DNA from: Mobula hypostoma | Lineage: Eukaryota | Assembly: GCF_963921235.1 (NCBI RefSeq) | Contig: NC_086097.1 | Span: 221,838,001-221,902,000, forward strand | DNA: 64,000 nucleotides | Direction: 5' to 3' | The notes under the pieces: model-generated | What the model was told of the DNA's origin: nothing | The model's database searches: none | The model's input: the letters and a program-made list of their open reading frames with translations, nothing else | Program-made: the position numbers and the translations under genes | Part shown: positions 11,891-25,354 of the stretch, piece by piece | How the letters are laid out: every line of letters begins with the position of its first letter | Numbering within the stretch: position 1 is the stretch's first letter

Positions 11891-14254
11891 TGGATAACAT
11901 GAACCAGTTGGGCTGAAGGGCCTGTTCCCATACTGTAGGACTCTATGACTGTGCTTAAGTTATAATAACTATTGATCTAAGACAGAGAAATACTCAATGA
12001 CAGACTTCAATTATTTTGCTGAACTAAAGTTGGCCTAGTGCCAAAACAACTTTTTTTTTGAATGGAGATTTGCGCAAATTTCTATTCTCAATTCTTTAAA
12101 ATACTACTAGAGCAGGAGCTGGAGGTTCTAATCTATCTAAACATTAATAACTTCCCAAGAGCACTTTTAAAACACAGTTTTGCACAATCCAGAAGTCATA
12201 CCGAGCTTTGCCCATTTTTCTAATCGTGTGAAACCACCTGCTCTAAGACCCAGTGTAACTATTGGAAGTTGTCCCAGAGTTTCCAATGGATGTGTGTTGG
12301 CAATGAGAAGTTACATGTCATATAACACTTAAAAGAATTTAACTTCAGTGCCAAATTGACAGTGTAATTAGAGTGTTATTTCAGTAAAGAGCAAATAAAA
12401 TTGGCAATATCTAATACTTTTATTCCAGTGCCAGTAATATTCCTGCAATATTTATTGTTTGTGGGCCTGGGCATTAAACGAGTGATAACATTCTCACTGT
12501 TTTTCAGTTTATTTTGAGGCAATCTGTATATCCATCCTAAAGTTTCAAAGTTTTTAAGTATGTAGCCGGTGCAAGATAATGAGATGGGATTTATGCAATC
12601 TTTCGACACAGGGGATTGAGATACAGGCTCACATTTCCATTATCTCCATGAAAAGGCAATGGTTAAATGGTATTTATTGATCAAAGAAAATTTGAAGAAA
12701 TCAAGCTCTCCCAGTGCTCCAGCCGACCAAGCTTTTCAACCAGGTATTACAGCTGCACTAGATTTATTAGTATAAACAATTGTGCAATTTTGTTTGGGAA
12801 AAGATAAATTGTACACACAATTAATCTTTGATACGCCTTCTTAAATTGCAACTCTATCTAGCTGCATGCCACAAAACATTGTTAATATCTGTGATACATG
12901 CTTAATTAGGTTTCACTAAATTAATGTCATTGTTTACCAAAATGTCAGTCACCATCTTTGAACAGACCTCAATAATGCTGAAGGTTGGATGTAATCTTCA
13001 GCTGGAAGTAGGGGATGGGAATTAATCATCTTGAATCTGATGCGTGGATAAATTAACGGTTCAAGGGTGGGCTAACTCCCCCAGAGGATTCCTTGGAATT
13101 CTGATGAGAAAATGTGCACTGACATTATAGTACTATAGAACCATGTACGTGTTTGAGACATCTCTGAGTTTGCCAGATGGCTGGTCCATCCCTGTAACTG
13201 TTGACTTGCAGAATATAATTTTCAAGGCAAAGACAATTAATTCTCAACAATGTAGCCAATCAATAGAAAAACAAACAGAGGAGCACAAGTGAAAAAGAAA
13301 TTATGCATATTCAGTCACCTTTAAATATTGGAATTAATATATTAGTTTTATAAAAACAAATGAATACTAGTTTTTGCTTACACAACATTTAGACAGAACT
13401 TCGCTTTTAATTTGCAATTTCAAGATTACACTCCATGCACAACTGAGCTAGGAAAGTTTTCTATAATGTTTAACCATAAATGTAATATGATTTTATGGAT
13501 AAGTGCTAGAAATTCTACAACCTTCTTACTGCTTTAAAAAGCCTTCTAGATTTGTAAGTGCTTTTTTTTTTAGGGAATGTATTCTCCTTCAAATGCATTT
13601 TGCCAAAAAGTACACTTTCCTTATATTCAATAGTTTTTTTTAATGACAATAACAATAAACTCTCTTTTATGTCCACTCAGTGAAAAACAGTCCAACAATA
13701 TTCAGGGGAGCAATTTCAAAAGCAAGGTCAAAATGTTATATTTTAAGCAGTGTTTTAGAGGAGAATGAGAGGGAGCATTTGAGAACTTTCAAGGGAATTC
13801 AAGAGCTTAGGACTCCGTAATACAAATGACCAATATGAAAGCTGATTAAAAGGCTGGATCTGGAGCAACAGAAAAGCTGAGAGATGGAAGAGGTGGTGAC
13901 TAAAACAGAAAGATTTGAATATATAAGTGGATTTGAAAACTGTAATGAGAATTTAAAATTAAAGTTATTAAATAGATTACATAAATCATCAAATGCAGTA
14001 TTGAAAAAAAACTAATAACATATGATACACCAGGGAAGAATTTAGTGGTATCAAATATAAGGGTTAAAATAGGGGACAAAATTGGAATATTTAAGTGTAG
14101 ATGTAGCAATGAGAAGACTCCAGAACTAGATGAATTTGAGGTGGTAGGGTTACAGGGAGGGTTGGGGGAGAGCAGCTCGACATTGGCACTGACTTTTTCA
14201 ATGGATGTTCATGTTGACCGACGGTTGAATGAATTAAGTAACAAATCCTGATGA

Positions 14255-14450
14255 ACATGAATATAAAATTGCCATGTCAATGGAATTGGCATGAATATTT
14301 AGATTATCATGTCAACGCAAATTGCATGGAGGATATATAGACCAACATGTCAACAAGTGGCATGGATATATAGACCAACATGTTAATAAGTGGCATGAAT
14401 ACATAGACCAACATGCCAATGGAAATGGCATGGAAGATATAGACCAACAT
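14255..14450. repeat. Degenerate ~33-bp minisatellite, about 6 units
   Basis: Unit ATATATAGACCAACATGTCAACAAGTGGCATGG repeated with variants. Confidence 0.8.
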
Positions 14451-15071
14451 TCACCTTGGGTACAATATGATGTTAAAGCTGCAAACAGAGGTGAATAAGT
14501 CTGTGAGAACTGCTTGGTGCTTGGGGATATGAAAGAAAATGTGAAGAGCATGTGGAAATCCCAGGAGTCAGGGTGTGAGTGTCTGATCATGGTGTGGTGA
14601 GATTTGATCGTAGAGAAGGGGCGTCTGGATCACTGAATCAATGGCATTCAGGAATTTCTGTTCTTGGAGATTGGGTGCTTTGATTTGGTTGTTGTTAGCT
14701 GGTGGATTTGTGATTCTGAGGGTTGTCAGGGAGATCTCCAAGAGTGAATGAGCAGTAGGAGGTCATGGCAGTCTGATGAAGGTAGGGTTTCCAGTGGTGG
14801 TTTGGGTGATGGAGATGGATCAGGGTCTGTGGAGGAATGTTCTTTACTCGGACTGGGATGACTGTAAAAATGCAGACACCTACCATGTGGATTATCTGTA
14901 TTCCCTTTGTCCTGCAACTTTTAAATCTAGAAGTGGAGATATTCCAGGAGTATTTGGTTCCTCATTCACAAATTTATTGAAATTTAATCTTTGCCACAAT
15001 TCTACCCTCACATTTTAGTAGCTAATGTTCAGCCCTGCATTTTTTTTATCCTCTCCTGCTCAGACAGAAAT

Positions 15072-15406
15072 TGTGCCAAGCATTCAGTCTATGATGACAG
15101 ATGAGAAAAGCTCATTTAAACCGACAGCCGTTTTTATAGCAACAAGCACAAAAACACACCGGACGCTGTGACCCGGGGAGAGAACCCATTCAGTCACGTA
15201 CAGTGATTATTACACACCCAAGTTACAGCCAGGGTGACCCACAAATGCACACGTCAATAACTGTAAAACTGTATTACCCAAGCCAAAATGTAACAATAAA
15301 TGTATCTGATCATCTCACCATAATCCCAAAACAAGAACAATAAATAGCGCTGACCACTAGGGATGCTGGAGCAGGCTGTCAACTACCTCCCCCCCAGAGC
15401 ATTACG
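15072..15406 (-). repeat. 3' LTR of Gypsy element
   Basis: Shares blocks (TTATTACACACCC, AAAATGTAACAATAAATG, AAAACAAGAACAAT, GCAGGCTGTC) with 20806-21024; begins TGTG on plus strand. Confidence 0.7.
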
Positions 15407-17118
15407 CTGTCCCTGACAACCCCAGGGTCCACAACAAAGTCAAAAATATTCCTGATGGTGGTCAATGCTGCCACCTGGGGCACTGTGGGGTGTTTGCAGC
15501 CCCTGCAAGGGAGGCACTGTTTGGTGAGGCAAGAGGCAGGGCGCCCAGAGTGTCATTTCCTCCCTTCAGCCTCGGTGGGTCATTAGTAGCCAAGGCCTAA
15601 GATGGTGCCATTTGGTCCTAGTGCAGCACAAGTGCCTTACACTGCTCAGGCAACCACACAAGGTACACCGCAACGGGAAGCAGTCGAGAATTTCTCCCGG
15701 CCCCTTGGGGGATAGTCCCTTTTTCTGGGTGGGGCAGTAGACCCATACTGAGGCCTCCACCAGGTATTGCACATTGGCTCCTTTGACTGGCGGCCCGGCT
15801 CCTTCTGGGACGTGCAAGCGTTGCAGCAGTGCATGAAGAGCTCCACGTCCTGCCTGTACTTAGGCCAATAGAAACATTCGCGCAGCCTGCCCAACCTCTT
15901 TGTGACCCTGAAGTGACCAGTCCCCACCAGCCCATGCGCCGACCGCAGTACCATATCACGGAGTCCCTGGGGAAAACCAGCTGCAGGAGATGTCTGTCGT
16001 CATCAGAAAATGGCCACCGCTGGAACAGCAACCCTTTGCGCATCTCCAGTGTGCCCCACTGAGAGTATAGGGCCTTGACCTCTCGATCCAGGTCGGAGGC
16101 CTCTGCCCACTCTGGCTGCCATCCCCTCGTGGGAATCAGTGTGGGGTCGCTCGCCTGCTCGCTGTGCAGCTGCTGGTCAGTTGTGGGGAGCTCGACCTCG
16201 CTGCCGGCTGCCACCGCCACTGCCCCTGGTTCCGCTGTGTTGTGTTGGGCTGCTGTGAGGTGTGCTGCCCTACGGCGGGCCACTGGGGCACTGGTGGCGG
16301 TTGTTGCTGCCACCACTGGGTCCGCCTTCTGGAGCTGCCCTGCCAGAGAGCCACAGCTTCAGTGCTGAGGTAAGTGTTGCCCCCGGCGGGACAGTAGGTC
16401 CAGGCCAATGACACAGGACGCCTGGATATTGGCTAGCCACACCTCGTGCTCCACTGTGTTTTTTTCCCACTGCGATGCACAGCCACCTCACCCCTCTCAT
16501 CACCACACAGTCACTGGTGACGGTACCCAGCTGGGCCACCGTCGTTGTCCACCCAAGCAGGATGGCTGGTCCACGTTGCGGAGGACACCTGGATGGATGA
16601 TGGCAATAGTTCGCCTGTGTCCACAACCCATGGCATCTGATGCCCTCCACCACGCCGTCCACGTATAAGCTTTGCTCTTCATCCAGTTGACCTGCCTGGA
16701 GAGGTGACAATGGTGGGATTCTGCTGGAGGTCTCGGGCGGTGCTGCCCACTCACTGTTTCCCGGTGGATGCGCTGGGTGGCGGCGTGGTGCTGGTGTGGG
16801 GCAGTCCCAGTGATTCCCCGGTGGCGTACAATGGGGCTAGCATGGCGTTGGTAGGGCCTGTCTCACAGGCTCTTTCTGGTCAGTTTCCTTCTCTGCCTTG
16901 CTGATGCAAGCCCAAGTGAGCTTCTGGCTTATGTGGCGACAGCAACGCTAGAACACCTTAAGGGGCTAAAAGTATTTCTGTCCCTTCCATCTCTGCCAGC
17001 GATGTTGGCGATGGCAGGCGAACATGCTGCCCAGGGCACTCTGGCATCAGAACCTTTTCAAAGGTGTGGATGGGAACTCTTCCTGGGCCATGGGAGGGAA
17101 CTGCTGAGCACAGCGAAC

Positions 17119-20086
17119 GTTAGAATATTAGAAAGTTTTTGACAAGGACAGGCGATTCAGACCAATAAAGTTTGCCAAATTCCTATTCACATAATGTGTT
17201 AAAGTAACTACCAGGTTTAGATTTCAAAGTCTCTAAGGTAATATTCTCAACTACACAACTAGTTAGTTTGCTCCATGTGTCCACGACTTGCTGTGTAAAG
17301 AAATGCTTCAGGCTGTTAATCTGAAACAACAATCTCCACCTATGGCACTGTGTCTTTGTCAATGGATTAATTTTGGAGTAGCAGCTGATATTCACCCTGC
17401 TTACACCCTTAATGATTTTGAAAACTCCTGCCACGTCTCCTCACATTCTATATCTACTTAGGCTAAAAAGATTTAATTCTTTCAATCTTTCTTCACAGCT
17501 CACACCCTGCAGACCTGAAATGAGTCATGCTGCCCTTCTCTGAACTCTCCAGTGCCTTCACATCCCTCATACGATATGGAGACCAAAATTGTACACACAG
17601 TACTCAAGGTGTGGCCTCACAAATGCATTATATAGCTTCAGGAGAGCATCTCTAGACTTGAATTCCACTGAGCACATTATATAGCTCAACATTCTATTAA
17701 CCTTCCTAATTGCTTCTATGCATTGTCTACATACTGAAAGGATGAGTCTACTAGAACGCACAAATCCTTCTCATACAGCGCACTTTCTAACTCAAGACAC
17801 CCCGTTGTATATTTATATCTAATATTTCTACTTCCTCTGTAATACTTTACATTTATTTACATTAAATTTCATCTGCCATTTATTCACCCACATCTTGATC
17901 TTGTTTAGATCTAATTGTATTGATTCTGCTGCCTCGATGTTATCAGCCCATCCCCCTAATTTTTTGTCATTGGCAAATTTTATTAGCTTATTTGTAATGT
18001 GCTTATCCAAATCGTTAATGTAGATTAGAAACAGCAGTGGCCACATAAATGTTCTCCGCAGAACTCGACCTTTAACATTTTCTTGGTGTGAAAATGATCC
18101 TTTCACCATAACCTGTTATTTTCAGTTTTTGAGCCAATTCTGCACCCACTCATGCACCTTCCTCCAAATCCTTACCTCCTGTAATTTGATTATTAACCTC
18201 TTGTAGGGTACCTGGTCAAAAGCCTCCTGAAAGTCCAAGTAAATGATATCAACCACTCTATTATTATCATAAATTTTAGTTGCCTCTTCATAGACCTCCA
18301 GCATAAGTGTAAAATATGATTTCCCCTTTCTGAACCTACGCTGGCTTTCTGCTAACGTGCTTGTTCTTATCAGTTGCTTTTCTATCTCATTCTTTATTAT
18401 TGTTTCCACTATCTTACCTATAATACACGTTAAGCTTACTTGTCAATAGTTATCAAGATCACTCTTCTTAGATACCAGTACAATGTTAGCTCATTTCCAG
18501 TCCTTAGGGATTTCACTAGTCTTCAATAACTTTTGAAAAATACATGTTAGGGGTTTGTATATATAAAATCACAGACCTCTTTAAGTACCAAAATTGTTGT
18601 CTGGTCTTGGAGATTTATTAACTTTCTGCCTTTTCCTCTGAAGCAGGAACTCGCTTTCTAAGATCTCTAAGTCCCTTAAAAAACCTTATTTTTCCCTACA
18701 CTTACTGGCATATTGCTAACATCTTCATAGGTGAATACTTTAGCAAAATATGAGTTAAGCATATCTGCTAGGTTCTTCTCTGCATAATTTATCACCCCAT
18801 TATTATTCCTAATACTTTTAACTTCCTCCTTGACCTTTCTTTTACTACTAAAGTATTGAAAACATCTCTTAGGGTCAATATTAGCATTATCAGCAATATC
18901 CTTCTCAGCCTGCCTTTTGGCAATCTGAAATTCCTTCTTGATTATAGCTCTCATATTTTCAAATGCCCTATGATTAACATCATTACTATTTTTTCTGTAT
19001 TACTCAAAGCTGCCTTTTCTTCAATAACTTTTTGTATATCTTTCTTCATCCATGTCATTGATCTATTGTTTTTATTGCTTCTCCCGACCTTGGGTATGAA
19101 CATTTCCTGCACTGTGTGTATTACCTCTTTAAGTCGACCCCATTGTTCCTCAACTGATTCAACATCAAGCAGTTCCTTCCGGTTTACCTCCTAAAGTCCT
19201 TGCCACATCTGCACAATTTAATTGCTTTGGTTTTTACTGATATACGCTCCTAAAAAACTTCAAAACTAACAATGTTATGAACACTTGTTCTTAAAAGCTC
19301 AACAATTTCCGTACTCAAAATTCAATCCTGATTGTTACAGAATATCAAATCCAGACAGGATTTGCTCTTAATATCTCTTGCTGGTGCATTAACACAGTGG
19401 GTCAAAAACAATCATTCAGTAACTCATTTAATTCACTTTCATGTAATTCGTTAGTCACTGGGCCCTCCCACTTTAATATGGAAAATTAAAGTCACCCATA
19501 GCTATAACATAACCTTCGGAACTTGCTTTTTTAATATTCTGAAAGAGTTGTTTATTAAAATCACTATCAGCATTAGGGGGCCTATAACATACACTCAATG
19601 TTACTCCTGTATCTTTAAAGCTTTCAATTCTCACCCAGATATCTCCATTAAGTCTTGATTCATTTCCTATCATAAGCAGCCTCATATTTAAATTCTCTCT
19701 TAGGCATATGGCTACTCCTCCACCTTTATGATCTTGCCTATCTTTCCTAAGTAAAGTACATCCTTTAATACTCTATTCATCACCAGCCTTTGAGGTCAGC
19801 CTGATTTCTGTTATTGCTATTATATCACACTTATACACACTGTATACACACTTATACGCACTTGCATATAATTCCAGATCATTTATTTTGCTCTTAATAC
19901 TTCTTGTATTTATACAGGCCATCCTTAGTTTATTACTGATATTTTTCATCCTATTCTGAACCATTTTTATATCTTTGAAGCCGATAATCAGTTTATGCCC
20001 TAATATGTTATTCTCCACTAAGGTGTTTAAACAGGAGAGCCTGGCCTGTTTTATGGTCCCTGCCTGCCCCATTCCCTAGTTTAAAC
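17119..20086 (-). mobile_element. AT-rich CR1-clade LINE, near-complete ORF2 but degenerate, inserted in Gypsy gag
   Basis: Fragments CINTRSIKSK, CYRPPN..MGDFN, YLDFQEAFD, KFANDKK, RPHLEYC in colinear order. Confidence 0.9.
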
Positions 20087-20786
20087 AGTGGTGGAGATCT
20101 GCTGCTGACACCACACCCCCAGACTTTCTCCCACATGGTGCCATCTGCTGCCCTGCTCTTTCCTCATTGCTTCCTCCAATGGCCTCTGCCCGAAATGGCT
20201 GCTCCATTACAACAATGAGGGCCCTGTAGTCACACTGCTCAGTTGGTGTTGGGTTGAGGAGGGCCCACAGGGCATCCCCCTCCAGCGCCGGGGCAAGGTG
20301 CACTGCCGTCGCGGTGGGGCTCCACCCGCTGTGCCATGCAGCAAGTTTGACTTGTGCCAAGTGAGGCTCCAGGCGACTGGCACCATTGTGTCTAGAGAGC
20401 TTCAGGGCGGACCATATGGTATGAACTGCTGAGGTGCGTTGGTCTTCCCCTTGTTCCAACGGCGTCGGTGGTGCCTGCCATGTTGCATGTCCTCCCGTGG
20501 CTGCAGTATCTTGGGATCCCCGGTGCAGGCCACAGGGGAGGTGGGTGATGCGCTCAGCCATGTCCCCTGGGTTGGGGAGCCTGGGAATGCTTGCCCTGTC
20601 AGGGTTCCCTGGGAAGGTGCAATGCTCAGTTCCCAGTTCCTCCCTCCGAGTCAGCACCTGTCTTCAGGAGCCTGGCCCGGGGATGCAGGGGAGGCATACT
20701 GCTTGGTCCTTCGGCTTACTTCCTGTGTGTTAAGGCACTCCATCCGATGTCGTAGCTCTTCAATCCAATCCTGCCGTTTATTTATA

Positions 20787-20804
20787 ATCCCGCTCCTAAC
20801 ACGA
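20787..20804 (-). promoter_or_regulatory. Primer-binding site, tRNA-Leu-like
   Basis: Minus strand TCGTGTTAGGAGCGGGAT matches TGGTGTCAGGAGTGGGAT (complement of a tRNA-Leu 3' end) at 15/18; 1 nt from the LTR end. Confidence 0.7.
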
Positions 20805-20805
20805 A

Positions 20806-21024
20806 TGTGGTGAGCATTTGGTTTATTACACACCCCTCCCACAAACACACAAGCAAATAACTGTATAACCCGGGCTAAAATGTAACAATAAATGGACTTG
20901 AACATCTCACCACAGTCCCACTAAAGCATTTTAAAACAAGAACAATGAATAGCGCAGGCCACTAGGAATGCTGAGGCAGGCTGTCGACCATGCCCCCGCC
21001 CTCCCCCTCCCCGAGAGCCCTACA
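20806..21024 (-). repeat. 5' LTR of Gypsy element (shorter than the 3' LTR)
   Basis: TG...CA termini, directly adjacent to the PBS. Confidence 0.75.
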
Positions 21025-21104
21025 ATACATTAAGTGTTATAAAGTTATAAAGATAGTTTATTTATATTTGTTTGAGAAGTAAGAAGAGTTATTAAAAATA
21101 AGTA

Positions 21105-21877
21105 CAATTGATTTTGGTTAACTGGGTCATTGGTTAATCGGGACGGTTACTTATTTGGGACAACTCTTAAATAACAAAAGCTAATCTAGAAAATAGCCGG
21201 GATACCCTTTGTTAATTTAGGACACTATGCTGCTTATTTGAAACCGGAGACTGTTGCTGAACAGTTTCTGCTTAGCATCGGTTGCATATGCTTGTGTTCA
21301 AAAAGCAGTGAATTTAGTCACTAATAGTTGATAAGAAATAAGCAGTAAAACAATTCAGAGCTGTTTTGTTCATTGCAGTTTCAAGTATTCAGGCCAGGAG
21401 TGAAAGTGAAACAATTTCACTACTTCAACAAGTTAGGCACTACAGGGAATTTGAAGATATTGACAATCATCTTGCATGCTACAATGAAAATGAAGATTTG
21501 GGGGATGCAATTGTCAAAAGCATTGTATGAAGGTATTCCATTATCTAAACTATATGTCTGTTCTGATTTTGTTAATTTGCAGTCAATCAGAAGAACACAG
21601 CAACATATACTGGATGAATTTTAAGCTTTGAACTTTGAATTCCTCTGCCTATAACTATTAGGAATTAATACACAGTTTTATAGTACTGTAGTAGTATTTG
21701 TATCATTCTGATTTGTTCTGTACTTTATTTAAATACATAATTTGTTACTCAGTTAAATTGCAGTTTATCTTTTTTATATCTTTTTATCTTTTCATGAAAC
21801 TTTGGCTAATTGGGCAGCCATTTAATTGGGCCAAAATGTACTGGTCATGATGTGTCCCAATTAACTGGAATCCACTG
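21105..21877 (+). mobile_element. pogo/Tigger-like non-autonomous DNA transposon
   Basis: Imperfect TIRs CAATTGATTTTGGTTAACTGGG / CCCAATTAACTGGAATCCACTG; TA at left; acidic transposase-tail remnant EFEDIDNHLACYNENEDLGDAIV near 21447-21515. Confidence 0.7.
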
Positions 21878-22109
21878 CCTTTTGCAAATGCCACATAGCT
21901 AAAGTGCAATCAGACATTAATGGAAGCTCACAGCATGTCTTGTAGGAGCACTAAAGACAGATTTATAGTCAGTACTTGGAATTGGATGATAAATGCAGAT
22001 TACAGGTCCACTTATGAAACATTGTTGCTTTAATGTTCACATCTCTTTTTTTAAAGGAATTGTTGCACATTTGAAGCATTATCTGTTATAAAACCTTTTA
22101 GGGAAGAAG

Positions 22110-22250
22110 ATAAGACCATAAAACTATAAGACATAGACCATAGAATATAGGATGTATGATAGGACGAAACCTAGACCATTTGACCCATTGATCCGCTCCA
22201 CCATTCGATCATGTTATCCCTCTCGACCCTCCTGCCTTCTTCCCATAGTT
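22110..22250 (-). mobile_element. CR1 3'UTR remnant
   Basis: AAGACCATA/AAGACATAG tail repeats followed by CCATTCGATCATG. Confidence 0.5.
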
Positions 22251-22664
22251 TAATTGTTAGCCTGCATCTGTATTACAATCCAGGTCTCAGGATTGTCCTT
22301 GTCTGATTAACATATTTAAAACACAAACTCTTAAAGCTTTTCTATTTTTAATGCCACTTTGCTAATTCTAGATCATGCATTTAAAGAAGTAGAAAATGCA
22401 TTGGCAGTCTCAATGAGAACTGTGTTTAAATGAGTTACACAATGTGACATTGCAATAACATCAGCATTATTTAGTTCACTATTTTTATCTAAAATGCTGT
22501 GTTTAATTTTAAACTCTTTAAACTAATGTAATTTCATTAATTTATAGTTGATCTTGGAAAAAAATACCTATATTGAACCCAACAGAATTTAGAAACAGAT
22601 GACACAAAACAATGAAGAAAGTCGGACAGATAAATTCACTTATCTTAACCTTATAACAACAAAG

Positions 22665-22987
22665 AAAGAACCCATTCAGTTCATAAGGTTCATGCCTAGG
22701 GAAGCTTTTCCATCAGTCCCAGTTTGTCTCTTATTTCCCTATACCTCTGCAGCTTATTCTCTTTCACAGGTGTCTATCAACCCCACCCTTTGATAGTAAC
22801 ATAAATTAAGGTGCATCTTACAATAGCTAATTAATCTTCTCTTTGGGATGTGTGTGGAAACGAGAGTACCTGATGAAACCTACATGGTCACAGGGAGAAC
22901 ATGTAAAGCTCACACAGACAGTACCTGGGGAGGATTGAACCTGTGTCTCTGAAATTGGAAGGCAGCAGTACTAACTGCTGTACCACG
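22665..22987 (-). mobile_element. tRNA-derived V-SINE/HE1-like SINE
   Basis: Minus strand A-box-like GTGGTACAGCAGTTAG, B-box GGTTCAATCC, then V-domain-like GTTCTCCCTGTGACC..GTTTCCACACACATCCCAAAGA. Confidence 0.7.
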
Positions 22988-23211
22988 GTTCCAGGAGCAT
23001 AGTGCATTTGTGCTGAAGGTTCATTGTTCTGTTATGCCAGGTAGTTACATTACAATCTGATTTCACATCTCACTTGCTCCATCTATACCAGAAGTTTGCG
23101 TTGTTTATTAATTTTGTACTGATCTAGACCAACAAATCATAGCACATGAACAATAAGTCTCTTTCTGATGCAGGGTTTTGACCCAAAATGTTAACAGTTC
23201 CTTCCCCTGAC

Positions 23212-24375
23212 ATATGCTGTTCATTGACTTTAGTTCGGCATTCAATACTGTGATCCCCTCCAAGCTGATCGCCAAGCTTTGTCAGCTTGGTATCAGCTCA
23301 TCCCTCTGCAATTGGACCTTGGACTTTCTGACTAACAGACCCCAATCAGTTAAGTTAGACAACCTCTCCATCTCCACTCTCACCCTGAACACCTGCGTGC
23401 CTCAAGGCTGTGTGCTGAGCCCTCTTCTGTACTCCCTTTTCACCTATGACTGCGTTCCTGTACATGGTTCTAACTCCATAATCAAGTTCGCAGACGACAC
23501 CATGGAGGTTGGCCTGATCAGAGGAGATGACAAGACGGCCTACAGGGACGAGGTCCAGCACCTGGCTGCGTGGCATGCCGACAACTACCTTTAACACCCA
23601 GAAGACCAAGGAGATCATTGTGGACTTCAGGCATGCCAGGAGCCACACTCACATCCCCATCTACATCAACGGAGCTGTAGTGGAGCGTGTATCAAGCTTC
23701 AAATTCCTTGGTGTCCACATTTCCGAGGATCTTACCTGGTCCCTGAACTCCTCCATCCTGATCAAAAAGACGCAACAGCGCCTTTATTTCCTGCGGAGCA
23801 TCAAGAAAGCTTATCTCTGTCCCAGGATACTGACGGACTTTTACCGCTGTACCATTGAGAGCATACTCACCAACTGCATCTCAGTGTGGTACGGTAATTG
23901 TCCTGTATCGGACCGCAAAACACTCCAGCGTGTGGTGAAAACTGCCCAACGGATTGTCGGCACCCAATTGCCCACCATTGAGAACATCTACCATAAACGC
24001 TGCCTGGGCAGGGCGAAAAGCATTATCAAGGATGCATCTTACCCTAACGATGGACTTTTTACTCTCCACCCATCCGGTAGGCGCTACAGAAGCCTCTGCT
24101 CCCACACCAGCAGGCTCAGGAAGAGCTTCTTCCCTAAGGCTGTGACCCTGCTGAACCTCACATCACAGCGCTGAGCAGTATTGCACCCACATTGTACTGT
24201 CTCAGTACTTTTATATTTGTGTGCTGTAGCACTTACTTTTTATTTGCAGTTATTTTGTAAATAACACTATTCTTTGCATTTCTGGTTAGATGCTAAATGC
24301 ATTTCATTGGCTTTGTATCTGTACTCGGCACAATGACAATAAATTTGAATCTAATCTAATTTAATCTAATCTAAT
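23212..24375 (+). mobile_element. Young 5'-truncated Rex1/Babar LINE
   Basis: [36 protein letters not shown] motifs with one frameshift near 23590; AATAAA then (AATCT)n tail; TSD ATATGCTG at 23212-23219 and 24374-24381. Confidence 0.95.
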
Positions 24376-24499
24376 ATGCTGCTCGATCCACTAAGATTGT
24401 TTGTTACTCTAGAGAAGTTCTCTTGGTTAGTTCAAGCAGCATAGCATTAATGTTCATCCACAAATGACAAAAATGATGCTTCCAGCAATGTATAATTAC

Positions 24500-24700
24500 A
24501 ACATAGAACACTACACTACAAAATAGATCCTTTGCCCCATGCTAAACTATTTGTCTGCCTAGTCTCATCGACCTGCACCCGGACCAGAGCCCTCCTATCC
24601 ATGTACCTAAATGATGAAATTGAACCTATGTCCTCCACTTCTGCTGGCAGCCTGTTCCACACTCTCACCTCTCTCTGAGTGAAGACGTTTCCCTTAAACG
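24500..24700 (-). mobile_element. CR1 3' remnant
   Basis: FKGNVFTQREVRVWNRLP in ORF 24516..24860; CATAGAACA tail. Confidence 0.6.
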
Positions 24701-25354
24701 CTTCACATTTTGTTAATCTATGCGGCAATCTAACATTTTTTTCTCTTTTAATAAGCATGTTAATAATTTTCCCACCATCTTTCTGACACTTAGGCATCTT
24801 TTGAGAGTGGAATTCACATGGTTTGGGGCTGAAAAACAGCTTCAAACATTGATATTTCATTTATTTAAGTGCCAGAAATTCAGATACTTAGTTGATGATT
24901 TATGGGGTTATCCCTACACAGAACCCTTTTCAGAATAAGTTTCTTGCTATAAAATATTAATAATTTGTTCATGTTTAATTAACAATCAATTTTGTTACAT
25001 AGCCGTGCAATATCAAATGTTATGCTTAAAAAAATTGATGTTTGCTATCGTGGAATGGGATTTAGCTGGCCTCCATCCCCGAATGATGAACAGTTAACCA
25101 CACTTAATTCAGATGTAATAATGCTTTTTTTCTGTCCAAATTACATCACCTTGTTTCAAAACATGCCCAATCAAGTTTTAAATGAATTGGTTGCTCTGCA
25201 GCTGACCAATTTTAAAGGGATTCTCCCTCAGGATGCTAAGATTCCTGCTTAGTGAGTCCTGTTAATTGTTTACTTCTCTGTTTTTCGGGATTTTAATCCA
25301 ACCTTGCCACAAAGAACTGATCCTCACCGACGGCCTGTTTAACTCCATAATACC

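Larger units (their letters stand above)
15072..21024 (-). mobile_element. Gypsy-type LTR retrotransposon, internally deleted, split by a CR1 insertion
   Basis: Direct repeats 15072-15406 and 20806-21024; gag-like ORF 20076..20657 (HLAQVKLAAWHSGWS..HLAPALEGDA); protease-like LYVDGVVEGIRC near 16670; integrase HHCC zinc finger in ORF 15646..15954; no RT/RNase H recognised. Confidence 0.85.

Noticed and set aside
14255..14450. Possible CRISPR array
   Set aside because: Head-to-tail tandem units without unique spacers, eukaryotic context, no cas genes
15566..17142. Dense overlapping GC-rich ORFs suggesting a host gene or CpG island
   Set aside because: Explained by frameshifted Gypsy gag/protease/integrase between LTRs
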